From assembly GCA_023435265.1 (NCBI GenBank), contig JAEYRZ010000180.1:10439-74438 (forward strand): DNA of 64,000 bases. The letters run 5' to 3'. The notes beneath the pieces are model-generated. The model searched no databases and had not been told where the DNA came from. It was given only the letters and a program-made list of their open reading frames with translations. The position numbers were made by a program, and so were the translations under genes. Source of the DNA: Pseudomonadota bacterium (lineage in GTDB: Bacteria > Desulfobacterota > Desulfobacteria > Desulfobacterales > Desulfosarcinaceae). This document shows, piece after piece, positions 26,829 to 35,970 of this stretch; position 1 is the first letter of the stretch; each line of letters starts with the position of its first letter.

Positions 26829-27767
26829 ATGAATACACGAAATGAACACTGGCCGCGACTATCCTTTGATCGTGACCGGGAAACGTACCATACACTTCAC
26901 TTGTGGCTTCAGATTGTCGGAAAAATCCGGCTGGCCCGGATGCCCTGGATCAATCACGCCTGGCATGCGCCCCTGTATGTCAGCGCGCGCGGTTTGACGA
27001 CCGCCCTGATGCCGTACGACCGGAAGGCATTTGAAATCGAGCTCGATCTCGATGCCCATCGGCTCGAAATCGCCACCTCCGGGGGTGGCCGCCGTTCCTT
27101 TTCTTTCAAGTCGGGGGTGTCTGTGGCGGCTTTTTACCGCCACCTCATGGAGGCCCTCGGCGAGCTGGGTATTCACTCCCGGATCTGGCCCATGCCCGTG
27201 GAAATCCCGGATCCTATTCAACCGTTTTACGAAAATGAAGCGCAGGCTGCGTATGATCCCGATGCGGTCGAGCGTTTTTGGCAGGCCCTGGTCCAGGTGC
27301 ACCGGGTATTCACGTACTTCCGCGCCGGATTTATCGGCAAGGCCAGCCCTGTGCATTTGTTCTGGGGCGCCTTCGATCTGGCGGTCACCCGCTTCTCGGG
27401 AAGGACTGCGCCCAAACATCCGGGCGGCGCTCCCAATTGTGCCGACTGGGTGATGCAGGAGGCATATTCGCACGAGGTCTCGAGCGCCGGGTTTTGGCCG
27501 GGCGCGGGATTGGGTGAGGCGGCATTTTATGCATACGCCTATCCGGAGCCGGAGGGCTTCCGGGATCATCCGGTAAGTCCGGACAAGGCCTACTACCATG
27601 AAGGGCTCGGCGAATTTATACTGCCCTACGAAGCTGTACGCACGGCTGATGATCCCGAGCACGATCTTTTGGAGTTCCTGCAGAGTTCCTACCTGGCGGC
27701 CGCCACCCTTGCCGACTGGGATCGTGGCGCTCTGGAGCGCAGCGCACATCATCCGCTTCCCGAATGA
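26829..27767 (+). CDS. DUF5996-family protein (function unknown)
   Basis: Start chosen at MNTRNEHWPRL (26829). The N-terminal segment WPRLSF...TYHTLHLWLQIVGKIRLARMPWINHAWHAPLYVSARGLTT matches my recollection of the DUF5996 signature. Confidence 0.7.
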   Translation: MNTRNEHWPRLSFDRDRETYHTLHLWLQIVGKIRLARMPWINHAWHAPLYVSARGLTTALMPYDRKAFEIELDLDAHRLEIATSGGGRRSFSFKSGVSVAAFYRHLMEALGELGIHSRIWPMPVEIPDPIQPFYENEAQAAYDPDAVERFWQALVQVHRVFTYFRAGFIGKASPVHLFWGAFDLAVTRFSGRTAPKHPGGAPNCADWVMQEAYSHEVSSAGFWPGAGLGEAAFYAYAYPEPEGFRDHPVSPDKAYYHEGLGEFILPYEAVRTADDPEHDLLEFLQSSYLAAATLADWDRGALERSAHHPLPE

Positions 27768-27847
27768 AGGAGAAAGTCTTCCGTACCCGGGACGTTGTCT
27801 GTAAATCGTCGCGCCCGTTCCTGATCGACTCGAAAAAAGGCGGAATA

Positions 27848-27928
27848 ACCACAGAGCACACAGAGAACACAGAGGTAAGCTATTAAGATGTATTATTTTT
27901 CCTCTGTGTCCTCTGTGCTCTCTGTGGT
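27848..27928. repeat. 9-mer (..ACAGAG) tandem-palindrome hairpin element, copy 2
   Basis: ACCACAGAG-CACACAGAG-AACACAGAG, then an AT-rich loop, then CCTCTGTGT-CCTCTGTGC-TCTCTGTGGT. It is downstream of the DUF5996 gene. Confidence 0.85.
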
Positions 27929-28166
27929 CTAAAATACTTTTTGCGATTCTGTCTTCTTCCGCTTTCGAATAAAAGAGACCTATCGGATTGAAGAGATGAT
28001 CGGCTTCGGCAGACATGACATCCGAAGTGGGGCGGATCTCTGCGGCGGCGCCGCCGAATCATGGGCGGCCACAATCGAGCTTGGCATATCAAACTCGTTG
28101 CCACAGTCCGCGCTGCTGGTTATATATGCGCTTTGAGTTCGCTATCCCTTCGATTGGAGGTGGACC

Positions 28167-29306
28167 ATGATCCGCCCGATTTATCTCGATTACAACGGCA
28201 CCACGCCGCACGATCCGGAAGTGATCGCCGCCATGCGGCCGTTCCTGGAAACCGAATTCGGCAATCCGTCGAGCAGCCACTGGTACGGCATCGCCCCCAA
28301 GCAGGCGGTGGAAGCAGCCCGGCGGCAGGTGGCCGGTCTTCTGGGATGTTCGCCCGGGGAGATCGTTTTCACCTCGGGCGGTACCGAGTCCAACAACCAC
28401 GCCATTGCTGGCACGGCGCGGGCATTGAAACACAAGGGCCGCCATATCATCACCAGCGCCTTCGAGCACCCGGCCGTGTTGGAGGTGTGCCGCAGTCTGG
28501 CCGATGAAGGCTTCGAGACCACCTTCCTGCCGGTGGACGGCCGGGGCATGCTCGACCCGGCCGCCGTGGAGCGGGCCATCCGCCCGGACACCGTCCTGAT
28601 CACCCTGATGCACGCCAACAACGAAGTCGGGACGATCCTGCCCATCGTCGAAGTTTCCACCCTGGCCCGACGGCATGGTATCGTGCTGCACAGCGACGCC
28701 GCCCAGTCCCTGGGCAAGATCCCGGTGCGCGTCGACGACCTTGGCGTCGATCTGCTTTCGATCGCCGGGCACAAGCTGTATGCACCCAAAGGCATCGGTG
28801 CGCTGTATGTGCGCAACGGCGTCCGGCTTGAAAAATTCTGCCACGGCGCCGGCCAGGAGCGCGGCTGGCGCGCGGGTACGGAAAACGTCCTGGAGATCGT
28901 GGGCCTGGGCAAGGCCTGCGAGGTGGCGGGCCGCGATCTGGACCGCAACATGGAGCACATGCACGCCATGCGCGACCGCCTGCACGAGGCGCTGGCGGGC
29001 CGGATCGACGGTCTGCGGCTCAACGGCCACCCCGAACAGCGGCTGCCCAACACGCTCAGCGTGGGCTTTGCGGGCCTCGCCGCGGACCGCTTGCTCGAAG
29101 AGATCGGCCTTGAGGTGGCCGCCTCCGCCGGCGCGGCCTGCCATTCCGATACCATCCAGATTTCGCACGTGCTGGCCGCGATGGGCGTTCCCGAAGAACT
29201 GGCCCGCGGGACGCTGCGTTTTTCAGTCGGCCGCATGACTACAGCCGAGGAGATCGACCGTGCCGCCGGGATCGTGGCCGAGGCGGCAGGGCGTTTGAGA
29301 CGCTGA
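28167..29306 (+). CDS. cysteine desulfurase (NifS/IscS-type class V aminotransferase)
   Basis: YLDYNGTTP N-terminus, PLP-lysine segment SIAGHKLYAPKGIGALY, and active-site loop SAGAACHS. Confidence 0.9.
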   Translation: MIRPIYLDYNGTTPHDPEVIAAMRPFLETEFGNPSSSHWYGIAPKQAVEAARRQVAGLLGCSPGEIVFTSGGTESNNHAIAGTARALKHKGRHIITSAFEHPAVLEVCRSLADEGFETTFLPVDGRGMLDPAAVERAIRPDTVLITLMHANNEVGTILPIVEVSTLARRHGIVLHSDAAQSLGKIPVRVDDLGVDLLSIAGHKLYAPKGIGALYVRNGVRLEKFCHGAGQERGWRAGTENVLEIVGLGKACEVAGRDLDRNMEHMHAMRDRLHEALAGRIDGLRLNGHPEQRLPNTLSVGFAGLAADRLLEEIGLEVAASAGAACHSDTIQISHVLAAMGVPEELARGTLRFSVGRMTTAEEIDRAAGIVAEAAGRLRR

Positions 29307-29361
29307 GCTGCAGGAAGGCCGAGCGCTGATCGTGGCGCCGGGCGCAACGCGCGGCTGCCTC

Positions 29362-29390
29362 AAAAAAAAACCGGCGGCCGAAGCCGCCGG
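29362..29390 (-). terminator. intrinsic terminator of the Hdr-like gene (hairpin could also act for nifS-type gene on the plus strand)
   Basis: CCGGCGGC-cgaa-GCCGCCGG is flanked by A9 on the plus strand. That gives T9 after the hairpin on the minus strand, 38 nt past the stop at 29428. Confidence 0.8.
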
Positions 29391-29427
29391 TTGGTGTATC
29401 GAACGCTTTCAACAGCCTGTGAGAGCG

Positions 29428-30744
29428 CTATTCCTGTTCCGGATGGAAAACGTCCACGTCCGCGAGGTCTTCGCCCAGATAGGCGCGCTCTTTGGGGCCC
29501 AGGATGCCCAGCGAGAGACACAGCAGCGTCCACAGATGGACGGTGTGCCAGGCATGGTCGCGGATGTCGGACAGATCGTGCACCTGGGCGTGGCAGTTGT
29601 GGCAGGGGGTGATGCAGTATTGCGCACCCGTAGCCAGGATCTGTTCGGCCTTGAGTCTGCCGTATTCGCGCCGCTGGTCTGTATAGCCCGACTGCAGGTA
29701 ACCGCCGCCGCCGCCGCAGCAGAAATTGTTCGAGCGGTTGGGGTGCATGTCGATGAAATTTTCCTCGCCCACCACCGCCTTCACTACGTAGCGCAGATCT
29801 TCGGCCACCGGATCGCCGAAGCTTTTGCGTACCAGCTGGCAGGGATCCTGCACCGTGAACTTGATCTTGCGTTCGCGGTTCCATTCCGAGCTGGGCTTGA
29901 GTTTGCCCTCGCGGATCCACTGGGCGTAGTATTGAATGATGCTCTTGATCTCGAAGTTGTATTTCAGGTTGAACTTTTGCAGTCCGAACCGGACCGCGAA
30001 GAGTTCGTGCCCTCACTCCGTGTTGAGCCAGACCTTACAGCCAAGGTCCTCCACCGCCTTGACCTTGGTTTCGACGATATGTTTCCAGTTCTCGTCGTCG
30101 GCCAGGAACAGGCAATAGTTCTCCGCGGCCCAGCCCTTGGTGCCGTAGGTCCAGTCGGCGCCGGCCAGGTGCAAAATCTTCCACAGGGGCACCATCTCGT
30201 CCGGCTCGGTGACCGGTTCGCGCGAGTTCTGATTCAGGAAAAACTGAGCGCCCTTTTTGTTGATCGGCGCCTGCATCTCGGCGAATTCCGGCTGGGCTTC
30301 CTGGTATTCGGCCAGTACATCCTCGACCACGAACTGGAAATCCTCTTCGGTGGCGCCCATGGCGCTGCAGGTGTCGCTGCGCAGGGCCATGTCGCAGGAG
30401 CCCAGGATGCCTTTGGGCCGTTGATCCCGGGGCCAGGTCTGGCGTGCGTAGAAGACCAGCTGCGGAATGTTGATTTTCATCGGGCAAACGTAGACGCAGC
30501 GGGTACACATGCTGCACATCCAGACCCAGGGCGTTTTCTTGATCTCTTCGTCCATTCCCAAAGCGGCCATGCGCAGGAATTTGCGTGGATCCATCCCCTC
30601 CAGACCGGTTGCCGGGCAGCCCGAAGAGCAGGCACCGCATGTCAGACACAGGTTAAGATTGCCCCCCTCGGGCAGCAGTTTCTTAACATGGTCGATGAAG
30701 GTGCTCTGCTTTTTACCGCCAAGTTTGATTGCCTGTTCAGCCAT
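29428..30744 (-). CDS. HdrD/DsrK-like FeS (CCG-domain) oxidoreductase, candidate selenoprotein (in-frame TGA at 30013-30015)
   Basis: Track ORFs 30013..30744 and 29428..29853 are in the same frame, and the 159 nt between them contains no stop. The N-terminal part has two ferredoxin motifs (CLTCGACSSGCP, CSMCTRCVYVCP). The C-terminal part has DPC...NFCCGGGGG...PCHNC (CCG domain). The downstream part has no ATG or RBS. A hairpin lies 15 nt after the TGA. Confidence 0.65.
29979..29997 (-). promoter_or_regulatory. SECIS-like stem-loop downstream of the in-frame UGA
   Basis: The minus strand reads GCGGUCCG-GUU-CGGACUGC (8 bp including one G-U pair, G/U-containing apical loop). It starts 15 nt after the UGA. 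Confidence 0.45.
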
Positions 30745-31118
30745 GTAAAAAGCCCTCCAATGTTTTTTGACCTTTCCTTATCCGTCGAATCCTTGAGGAT
30801 CTTTGACCGTACGTTCAGGATAACTCCGCTGCCGGCCGAAGCGGCGGCTCGGGGTGCATCATGTATCCGCAGGCTTTTTCAAAGGCTTCCAAATAAACGG
30901 ATTATTAAGGAGATGTCAATTAAAAAGGATGACCGGCGCAGGGCGATCGCATGGAGATCCGCCTGATAGAAAAAGGGGTCGGGGTCGCAATCGCAATCAC
31001 AACGCATCGCCAAAAAACCGCTTTCCGGAACCGGCATTACCGGCGGCCTTATTTTCGATACCGATATCGACCCCCGGATAAAGCCGGCGAATGCCCTGAT
31101 GACCGGCGAAAAGGATTT

Positions 31119-31134
31119 ATGAATATCAATTCAT
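31119..31134. promoter_or_regulatory. ATGAAT-N4-ATTCAT palindrome (candidate TetR-type operator), site 1
   Basis: ATGAATatcaATTCAT is a perfect inverted repeat. It lies in the divergent region between the Hdr-like gene and the tetR gene. Confidence 0.5.
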
Positions 31135-31257
31135 TTTTCGCCAAACCGCCTCCATGCCCTTCACGTATATGGTACTTGAGCAAAAAAAAATTCCGAGGAT
31201 TCGTATTATTAATGACTTGGACGCGATCCAATCACTTCCGGAATCTTTTATTTTGGC

Positions 31258-31303
31258 TTGACAGCGTGTGTCGGGGTTGCTAACTGAATGAATACTCATT
31301 CAG
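31258..31303 (+). promoter_or_regulatory. candidate sigma70-type promoter plus operator of the tetR-acyl-CoA dehydrogenase unit
   Basis: TTGACA (31258-63), a 17-nt spacer, TAACTG (31281-86), then immediately ATGAATactcATTCAG (31288-31303). This sits within the larger palindrome ACTGAATGA-ATA-CTCATTCAGT, 40 nt upstream of the ATG. Confidence 0.55.
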
Positions 31304-31342
31304 TAACCCCATCGTCATTGAGAAAGGCTCCGATGCGCTCCA

Positions 31343-31933
31343 ATGAAACGTAATTCCGAGAAATACCAACGTATTATGGAAGCCGCCAGCAAGGTGTTCG
31401 CCGAACAGGGGTTTTATCAGTCCACCGTGGCCCAGATCGCCAAGGAGGCGGGCGTGGCCGACGGGACCATTTATCTCTATTTCAAGAACAAGGACGACAT
31501 CCTGGTCCAGTTCTATGAATTCAAGACGCGTCAGGTATTCGAGCAGTTCCGCGAGGCGGTCGATCTGGCCCCCACCGCCGACCAGAAGCTGCGCAACCTG
31601 ATCCGGGCCCATCTGGAGGCGTTCCAGAAAGACCCCCACATGGCAATTGTATATCAAACCGAAACACATCAGCGGGGGCAGCTGGGCCGCGAGCAGATCA
31701 AGGAAATGTCCAAAATGTACCGGGACATCATCTCCGAGGTGGTGGAACTGGGTCAGCAGGAAGGCACGATCCGGCGCAACCTGTACATGGGGCTGGTCAA
31801 GCGACTGATCAACGGCGCGGTGGATGAAGTGATCAACGCCTGGATTCACACCGGTCAGGATTACGATCTGGTTTCGATGGCCGACCCGTTGGTGGATTTG
31901 TTCATCAAAGGGATCGGCGTCGAGGAAAAATAA
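31343..31933 (+). CDS. TetR/AcrR-family transcriptional regulator
   Basis: N-terminal HTH IMEAASKVFAEQGFYQSTVAQIAKEAGVADGTIYLYFKNKDDIL. Length is 196 aa. Confidence 0.9.
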   Translation: MKRNSEKYQRIMEAASKVFAEQGFYQSTVAQIAKEAGVADGTIYLYFKNKDDILVQFYEFKTRQVFEQFREAVDLAPTADQKLRNLIRAHLEAFQKDPHMAIVYQTETHQRGQLGREQIKEMSKMYRDIISEVVELGQQEGTIRRNLYMGLVKRLINGAVDEVINAWIHTGQDYDLVSMADPLVDLFIKGIGVEEK

Positions 31934-31986
31934 GAAACGAACGATTATCGCCGTTGCGGCGTTAATCCAAGCAAAGGAGCAAAAAA

Positions 31987-33804
31987 ATGGCACAATACAT
32001 TGCAGACCGCCGGGATGTCGATTTCGTGCTTTTCGAGCAACTCGGCGTGGACACGCTGAGCCAGCACGACCGGTTCGCCGATATCAACCGCAAGACAATA
32101 GAAATGGTGGTTTCCGAAGCCCGCAATCTGGCGATCAAGGAAATTCTGCCGACCCAGCAGGAAGGCGACCATCAGGGCTGCCGGTTCGAAAACGGGTCGG
32201 TACATGTCCCCCCGGGATTCCACCGCGCCTGGAAGCTGTTCCTTGAAGGCGAGTGGCTGGCGCTTCCCGAAGATCCGGAATACGGCGGGCAAGGCCTGCC
32301 GCGGACCGTGGCTCTGGCGGCCAACGACTTCTTCAACGGCGCCAATTATTCGTTCATGATGTATTCGGGGCTGACGCACGGGGCGGCCCTTCTGGTCGAA
32401 ACCTTCGGTTCGGAGAAGCTGCGCAAGCTGTTCCTCAAAAAAATGCTCACCGGCCAGTGGACCGGCACCATGCTGCTGACCGAACCCGAGGCCGGATCGG
32501 ACGTCGGCCGCTTGAACACCTCGGCCGTGAAAAATCCGGACGGCACATACACCATTACCGGCAACAAAATTTTCATCTCCGCCGGCGAGCACGATCTGGC
32601 CGAGAACATCATCCACCCGGTCCTGGCGCGCATCGAAGGCGCTCCAGAGGGCACCAAGGGGATTTCCCTGTTCCTGGTGCCCAAATATTGGGTCAACGAT
32701 GACGGCAGCCTGGGGGGATTCAATGATGTCGTCTGCACCGGCATCGAGGAGAAGATGGGCATTCACGGCAATGCCACCTGCTCTCTGACTCTGGGCGCCA
32801 AAGGCGGATGCCGGGGCTACCTGCTGGGCGAGGAAAACAAGGGCATGCGGGCGATGTTCCTGATGATGAACGAGGCGCGCCTGCTGGTCGGCCTGCAGGG
32901 CATGGCCTGCGCGAGCGCATCTTATCTGAACGCCCTCAATTACGCGCGGACGCGCGTTCAGGGGCGTAATTTACTCCAGATGATGGCCCCCGATGCGCCC
33001 GCGGTACCCATCATTCAGCATCCGGATGTGCGGCGCATGCTGCTGACCATGAAGGCTTACGTGGAAGGCATGCGCAGCCTGCTGTACTATGTGTGCATGC
33101 TCACCGACAGGATCAGCGTCGCCGATGATGAAAAGCAGAAGCAGAAGCTGCAGGGCATGATCGACCTCCTCATTCCCATCTGCAAGGGCTATGTCACCGA
33201 CCACGCTTTCGATGTGTGCAATCTGGGCGTGCAGGTTTACGGCGGATACGGATACATCCGGGAGTATCCGCAGGAGCAGTTGGTGCGCGATTGCCGCATC
33301 ACCATGATTTACGAGGGCACCAACGGAATCCAGGCCATGGACTTGCTGGGCCGTAAACTGGGCTTGAACAAGGGGCGCCCGATCATGGATCTGATGAGCG
33401 AAGTGCAGACCGTGATCGCCCGCGCCAAGGGCATCGAGCGTTTGAAGGAGGCCGCAGCGGCGGTGGAGGGTGCGCTCAACCGGCTGGCCGAGATCACCAT
33501 GCACATCGGCGCGACCGCCATGTCGCCCCAGGTGCTTACGGCCTTTGCCAACGCCCATCCGTTCATGCATGCCGCCGGCGATGTCGTCATGGGCTGGATG
33601 CTGCTGTGGCGGGCGGCCATCGCCGCCGAGCGCCTGGACGGCAAGGCGGGCAAAAAGGACCAGGCGTTTTACGAAGGGCAGATCAAGAGCGCTGAATTCT
33701 TCATCCGCACGTTGCTGCCCGTCACCTTGGGGAAAATGGATGCCATCAAAGCAAATTGCGCTGCGGCGGTAGAGATCGAGGACGACAGCTTCGGAGGGAA
33801 ATAA
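31987..33804 (+). CDS. acyl-CoA dehydrogenase (long form with C-terminal extension)
   Basis: AAAGGAG RBS. Has the LTEPEAGSD and IYEGTNGIQ motifs. About 600 aa, like FadE-type long ACADs. Confidence 0.9.
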   Translation: MAQYIADRRDVDFVLFEQLGVDTLSQHDRFADINRKTIEMVVSEARNLAIKEILPTQQEGDHQGCRFENGSVHVPPGFHRAWKLFLEGEWLALPEDPEYGGQGLPRTVALAANDFFNGANYSFMMYSGLTHGAALLVETFGSEKLRKLFLKKMLTGQWTGTMLLTEPEAGSDVGRLNTSAVKNPDGTYTITGNKIFISAGEHDLAENIIHPVLARIEGAPEGTKGISLFLVPKYWVNDDGSLGGFNDVVCTGIEEKMGIHGNATCSLTLGAKGGCRGYLLGEENKGMRAMFLMMNEARLLVGLQGMACASASYLNALNYARTRVQGRNLLQMMAPDAPAVPIIQHPDVRRMLLTMKAYVEGMRSLLYYVCMLTDRISVADDEKQKQKLQGMIDLLIPICKGYVTDHAFDVCNLGVQVYGGYGYIREYPQEQLVRDCRITMIYEGTNGIQAMDLLGRKLGLNKGRPIMDLMSEVQTVIARAKGIERLKEAAAAVEGALNRLAEITMHIGATAMSPQVLTAFANAHPFMHAAGDVVMGWMLLWRAAIAAERLDGKAGKKDQAFYEGQIKSAEFFIRTLLPVTLGKMDAIKANCAAAVEIEDDSFGGK

Positions 33805-33830
33805 TCCGGAAAGGATACATCGGTTGATGC

Positions 33831-33859
33831 GCTGCCGAGGGGCATGCCTCCTCGGCAGC
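33831..33859. terminator. GC-rich hairpin between convergent acyl-CoA dehydrogenase and acyl-CoA ligase genes
   Basis: GCTGCCGAGG-ggcatgcct-CCTCGGCAGC is a perfect 10-bp stem, extendable through GGCA/TGCC. There is no T-run, so a function as a bidirectional terminator is inferred. Confidence 0.55.
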
Positions 33860-33876
33860 GTGGGCGATGCCGGCTG

Positions 33877-35559
33877 CTACTGAATCTTTTCCTCACGCAA
33901 TATTTTCTTGAGGACCTTGCCCACATTGCTTTTGGGCAGTTCCGAGCGGAATTCGATTTCAGTCGGCCACTTGTACTTGGCCAGTTTTCCTTCGCAGTAG
34001 GAGATCATCTCCTCGGCGGTGGCGGTAACGTTCGGTTTGAGGACGATGAATACTTTCACCGCCTCTCCGCGGGTGGGATGGGAAATGCCGATCGCGGTCG
34101 CTTCCAGGACCTTGGGGTGTTCGAAATAAATCTCTTCGATATCCCGGGGGTAAATGTTGTACCCGCCGGAGATGATCATATCCTTCTTGCGGTCGACGAT
34201 GAAGAAGTAGCCGTCATCGTCCATGGTGGCGATGTCGCCGGTATGCAGCCAGCCGTCGGTAAGGGTTTGGGCCGTTTCCTGGGGGCGGTTGTAATAGCCT
34301 TTCATCACCTGCGGCCCCTTGATGAGCAGCTCGCCCGGCTGGCCGACCGGCACATCGTTCTTCCCGGTTTCGAGATCGACGATGCGGCAGACGGTATCGC
34401 TGATCGGCACGCCGATGCTGCCCACTTTGCGCTTGCCTTCGACGAAGGGGTTGACATGCGTCACGGGCGACGTTTCGGTAAGGCCGTAGCCCTCAACGAT
34501 CACGGCCCCGGTGCGGCGTTCGAACTCCTTGATCACCTCCACAGGCAGCGGTGCACTGCCTGAGAAGCATCCGTTGATGGAGGTCATGTCCACCTTGTCG
34601 ATGTCCGGATGCTGCAGGATTCCGATATACATGGTGGGCACCAGCGGGGCGAAAGTGGGTTTGTATTTGGTGATGGCCTCGAGCAGCTGGGGCGCCTGAG
34701 GCTTGGGCACCAGGACATCTCCCCAGCAGAAGTATATGGCCAGGTTCATGGCCGTGGTCAGTCCGAATACGTGAAAAAAGGGGAGGGCGCCGAGCATGAT
34801 CTGGTTTTCGCCCATGCCGGGGAACCAGGCGGCCACCTGCTGCACCTGGCGGCTCAAGTTGCCGTGGGTCAGGATGACCCCCTTGCTGGTGCCGGTGGTT
34901 CCGCCCGTATACTGATACTGGGCCACGTCCGCATGATCCAGGGAAACCCGTGGAGGGGCGGGCAGCGTGCGGGTCAGGACTTTTTTCCAGCGGAAAACAT
35001 CGGCGGCCGGCCGCACGTCGGCGGCCAGCTTCTTCTTCTTGGCGACCAGCGGGAACAGCAGGTTCTTGGGGAAGGGCAGGTAATCGCCGATACTCGTGAT
35101 CACGATCTGCTGAATGCGGGTCTTGGGGCGCAGGTCGATCATGCGGTTACCCAAAAGATCCAGTGTGATCAGAGCCTTGGCACCCGAATCGTTGAACTGG
35201 TGCAGCAGTTCACGATCGGAATAAAGCGGGTTGTTCATCACGACCACGGCGCCCAGGCGTAAAATGGCGTAGTAAGCGGCCACGCAGGGAATGACGTTGG
35301 GCAGCAGCAGCGCCACCGCATCGCCGCGCCGAATGCCGAAGTCATGCAGAACGGCGGCGAAACGATCGCTCATTTCACGCAACCCCCGATAGCTGAGCTG
35401 GTACCCCTGGAAATTGAGGGCCATCTTGTCGGGGAAAAGCGTTGCGGCGCGGTCCAGGAAGTCCGGAAGAGTTTTGGAATCGTACTCGATATGCTCCGGT
35501 ACGCCCTGCTGATAGTGCCGCAGCCAAGGTTTTGCCTCGTAAGCAACTGTTGCTGCCAC
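33877..35559 (-). CDS. long-chain fatty acid-CoA ligase (AMP-binding family)
   Basis: AMP-binding motif YTGGTTGTSKGV, plus GELLIKGPQVMKGY and DIATMDDDGYFFIVDRKKD. Start chosen at the in-frame GTG (35559), 5 nt after GAGGAGG. The track ORF begins at a TTG at 35646. Confidence 0.85.
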   Translation of the reverse strand: MAATVAYEAKPWLRHYQQGVPEHIEYDSKTLPDFLDRAATLFPDKMALNFQGYQLSYRGLREMSDRFAAVLHDFGIRRGDAVALLLPNVIPCVAAYYAILRLGAVVVMNNPLYSDRELLHQFNDSGAKALITLDLLGNRMIDLRPKTRIQQIVITSIGDYLPFPKNLLFPLVAKKKKLAADVRPAADVFRWKKVLTRTLPAPPRVSLDHADVAQYQYTGGTTGTSKGVILTHGNLSRQVQQVAAWFPGMGENQIMLGALPFFHVFGLTTAMNLAIYFCWGDVLVPKPQAPQLLEAITKYKPTFAPLVPTMYIGILQHPDIDKVDMTSINGCFSGSAPLPVEVIKEFERRTGAVIVEGYGLTETSPVTHVNPFVEGKRKVGSIGVPISDTVCRIVDLETGKNDVPVGQPGELLIKGPQVMKGYYNRPQETAQTLTDGWLHTGDIATMDDDGYFFIVDRKKDMIISGGYNIYPRDIEEIYFEHPKVLEATAIGISHPTRGEAVKVFIVLKPNVTATAEEMISYCEGKLAKYKWPTEIEFRSELPKSNVGKVLKKILREEKIQ

Positions 35560-35783
35560 ATGAACCTCCTCGGATGAATGTGAATGAAAGCGAATTTCGG
35601 CGGGACTATGACTACTATACTTGGCTGTAGAAATTGGTTCTGTCAAGAGACATCATTCGGCGAATCACGCATCCGGCGGAAGAAATGCCGGCGCTTCGTA
35701 CAAGCGCGTGCAAGCCGGGGGGCAAGTATGCTATAGGAATGGACCGCGATGGCGAAAGCGCCCGCGGATCGCGCGGTTTTTTC

Positions 35784-35830
35784 TTGACGCGGAAATATGG
35801 ATTGGATAACCAAAATGAATTTACATTCAT
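35784..35830 (+). promoter_or_regulatory. candidate promoter plus operator of the FeS-oxidoreductase-etfBA unit
   Basis: TTGACG (35784-89), a 17-nt spacer, TAACCA (35807-12), then ATGAATttacATTCAT (35815-30). This lies within AAAATGAAT-TTAC-ATTCATTTT. The architecture matches 31258-31303. Confidence 0.55.
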
Positions 35831-35970
35831 TTTCTTTAGGAATAATCGGCGGTTCCGCCGGAAGCCCGCCGAGCGACACTGACAAAGGAAAACGGCGGCG
35901 CCCCGGGGGCGCCGACCACCGGCATACGCTGTCGAACGCTTACGGTACCGCACACAAGGACATCTAACCT

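Noticed and set aside
31333-31353. A 6-codon mini-ORF (ATG CGC TCC AAT GAA ACG TAA) overlapping the tetR start, considered as a possible leader peptide.
   Set aside because: It is too short and there is no associated attenuator structure. It is probably coincidental, although the GAGAAAGG RBS spacing would fit either ATG.
35757-35782. A hairpin CCGCG-gatcg-CGCGG followed by T6 on the plus strand, resembling an intrinsic terminator.
   Set aside because: The stem is only 5 bp and there is no plus-strand gene upstream to terminate. It sits just before the predicted -35 box, so it is more likely incidental or part of the promoter UP region.
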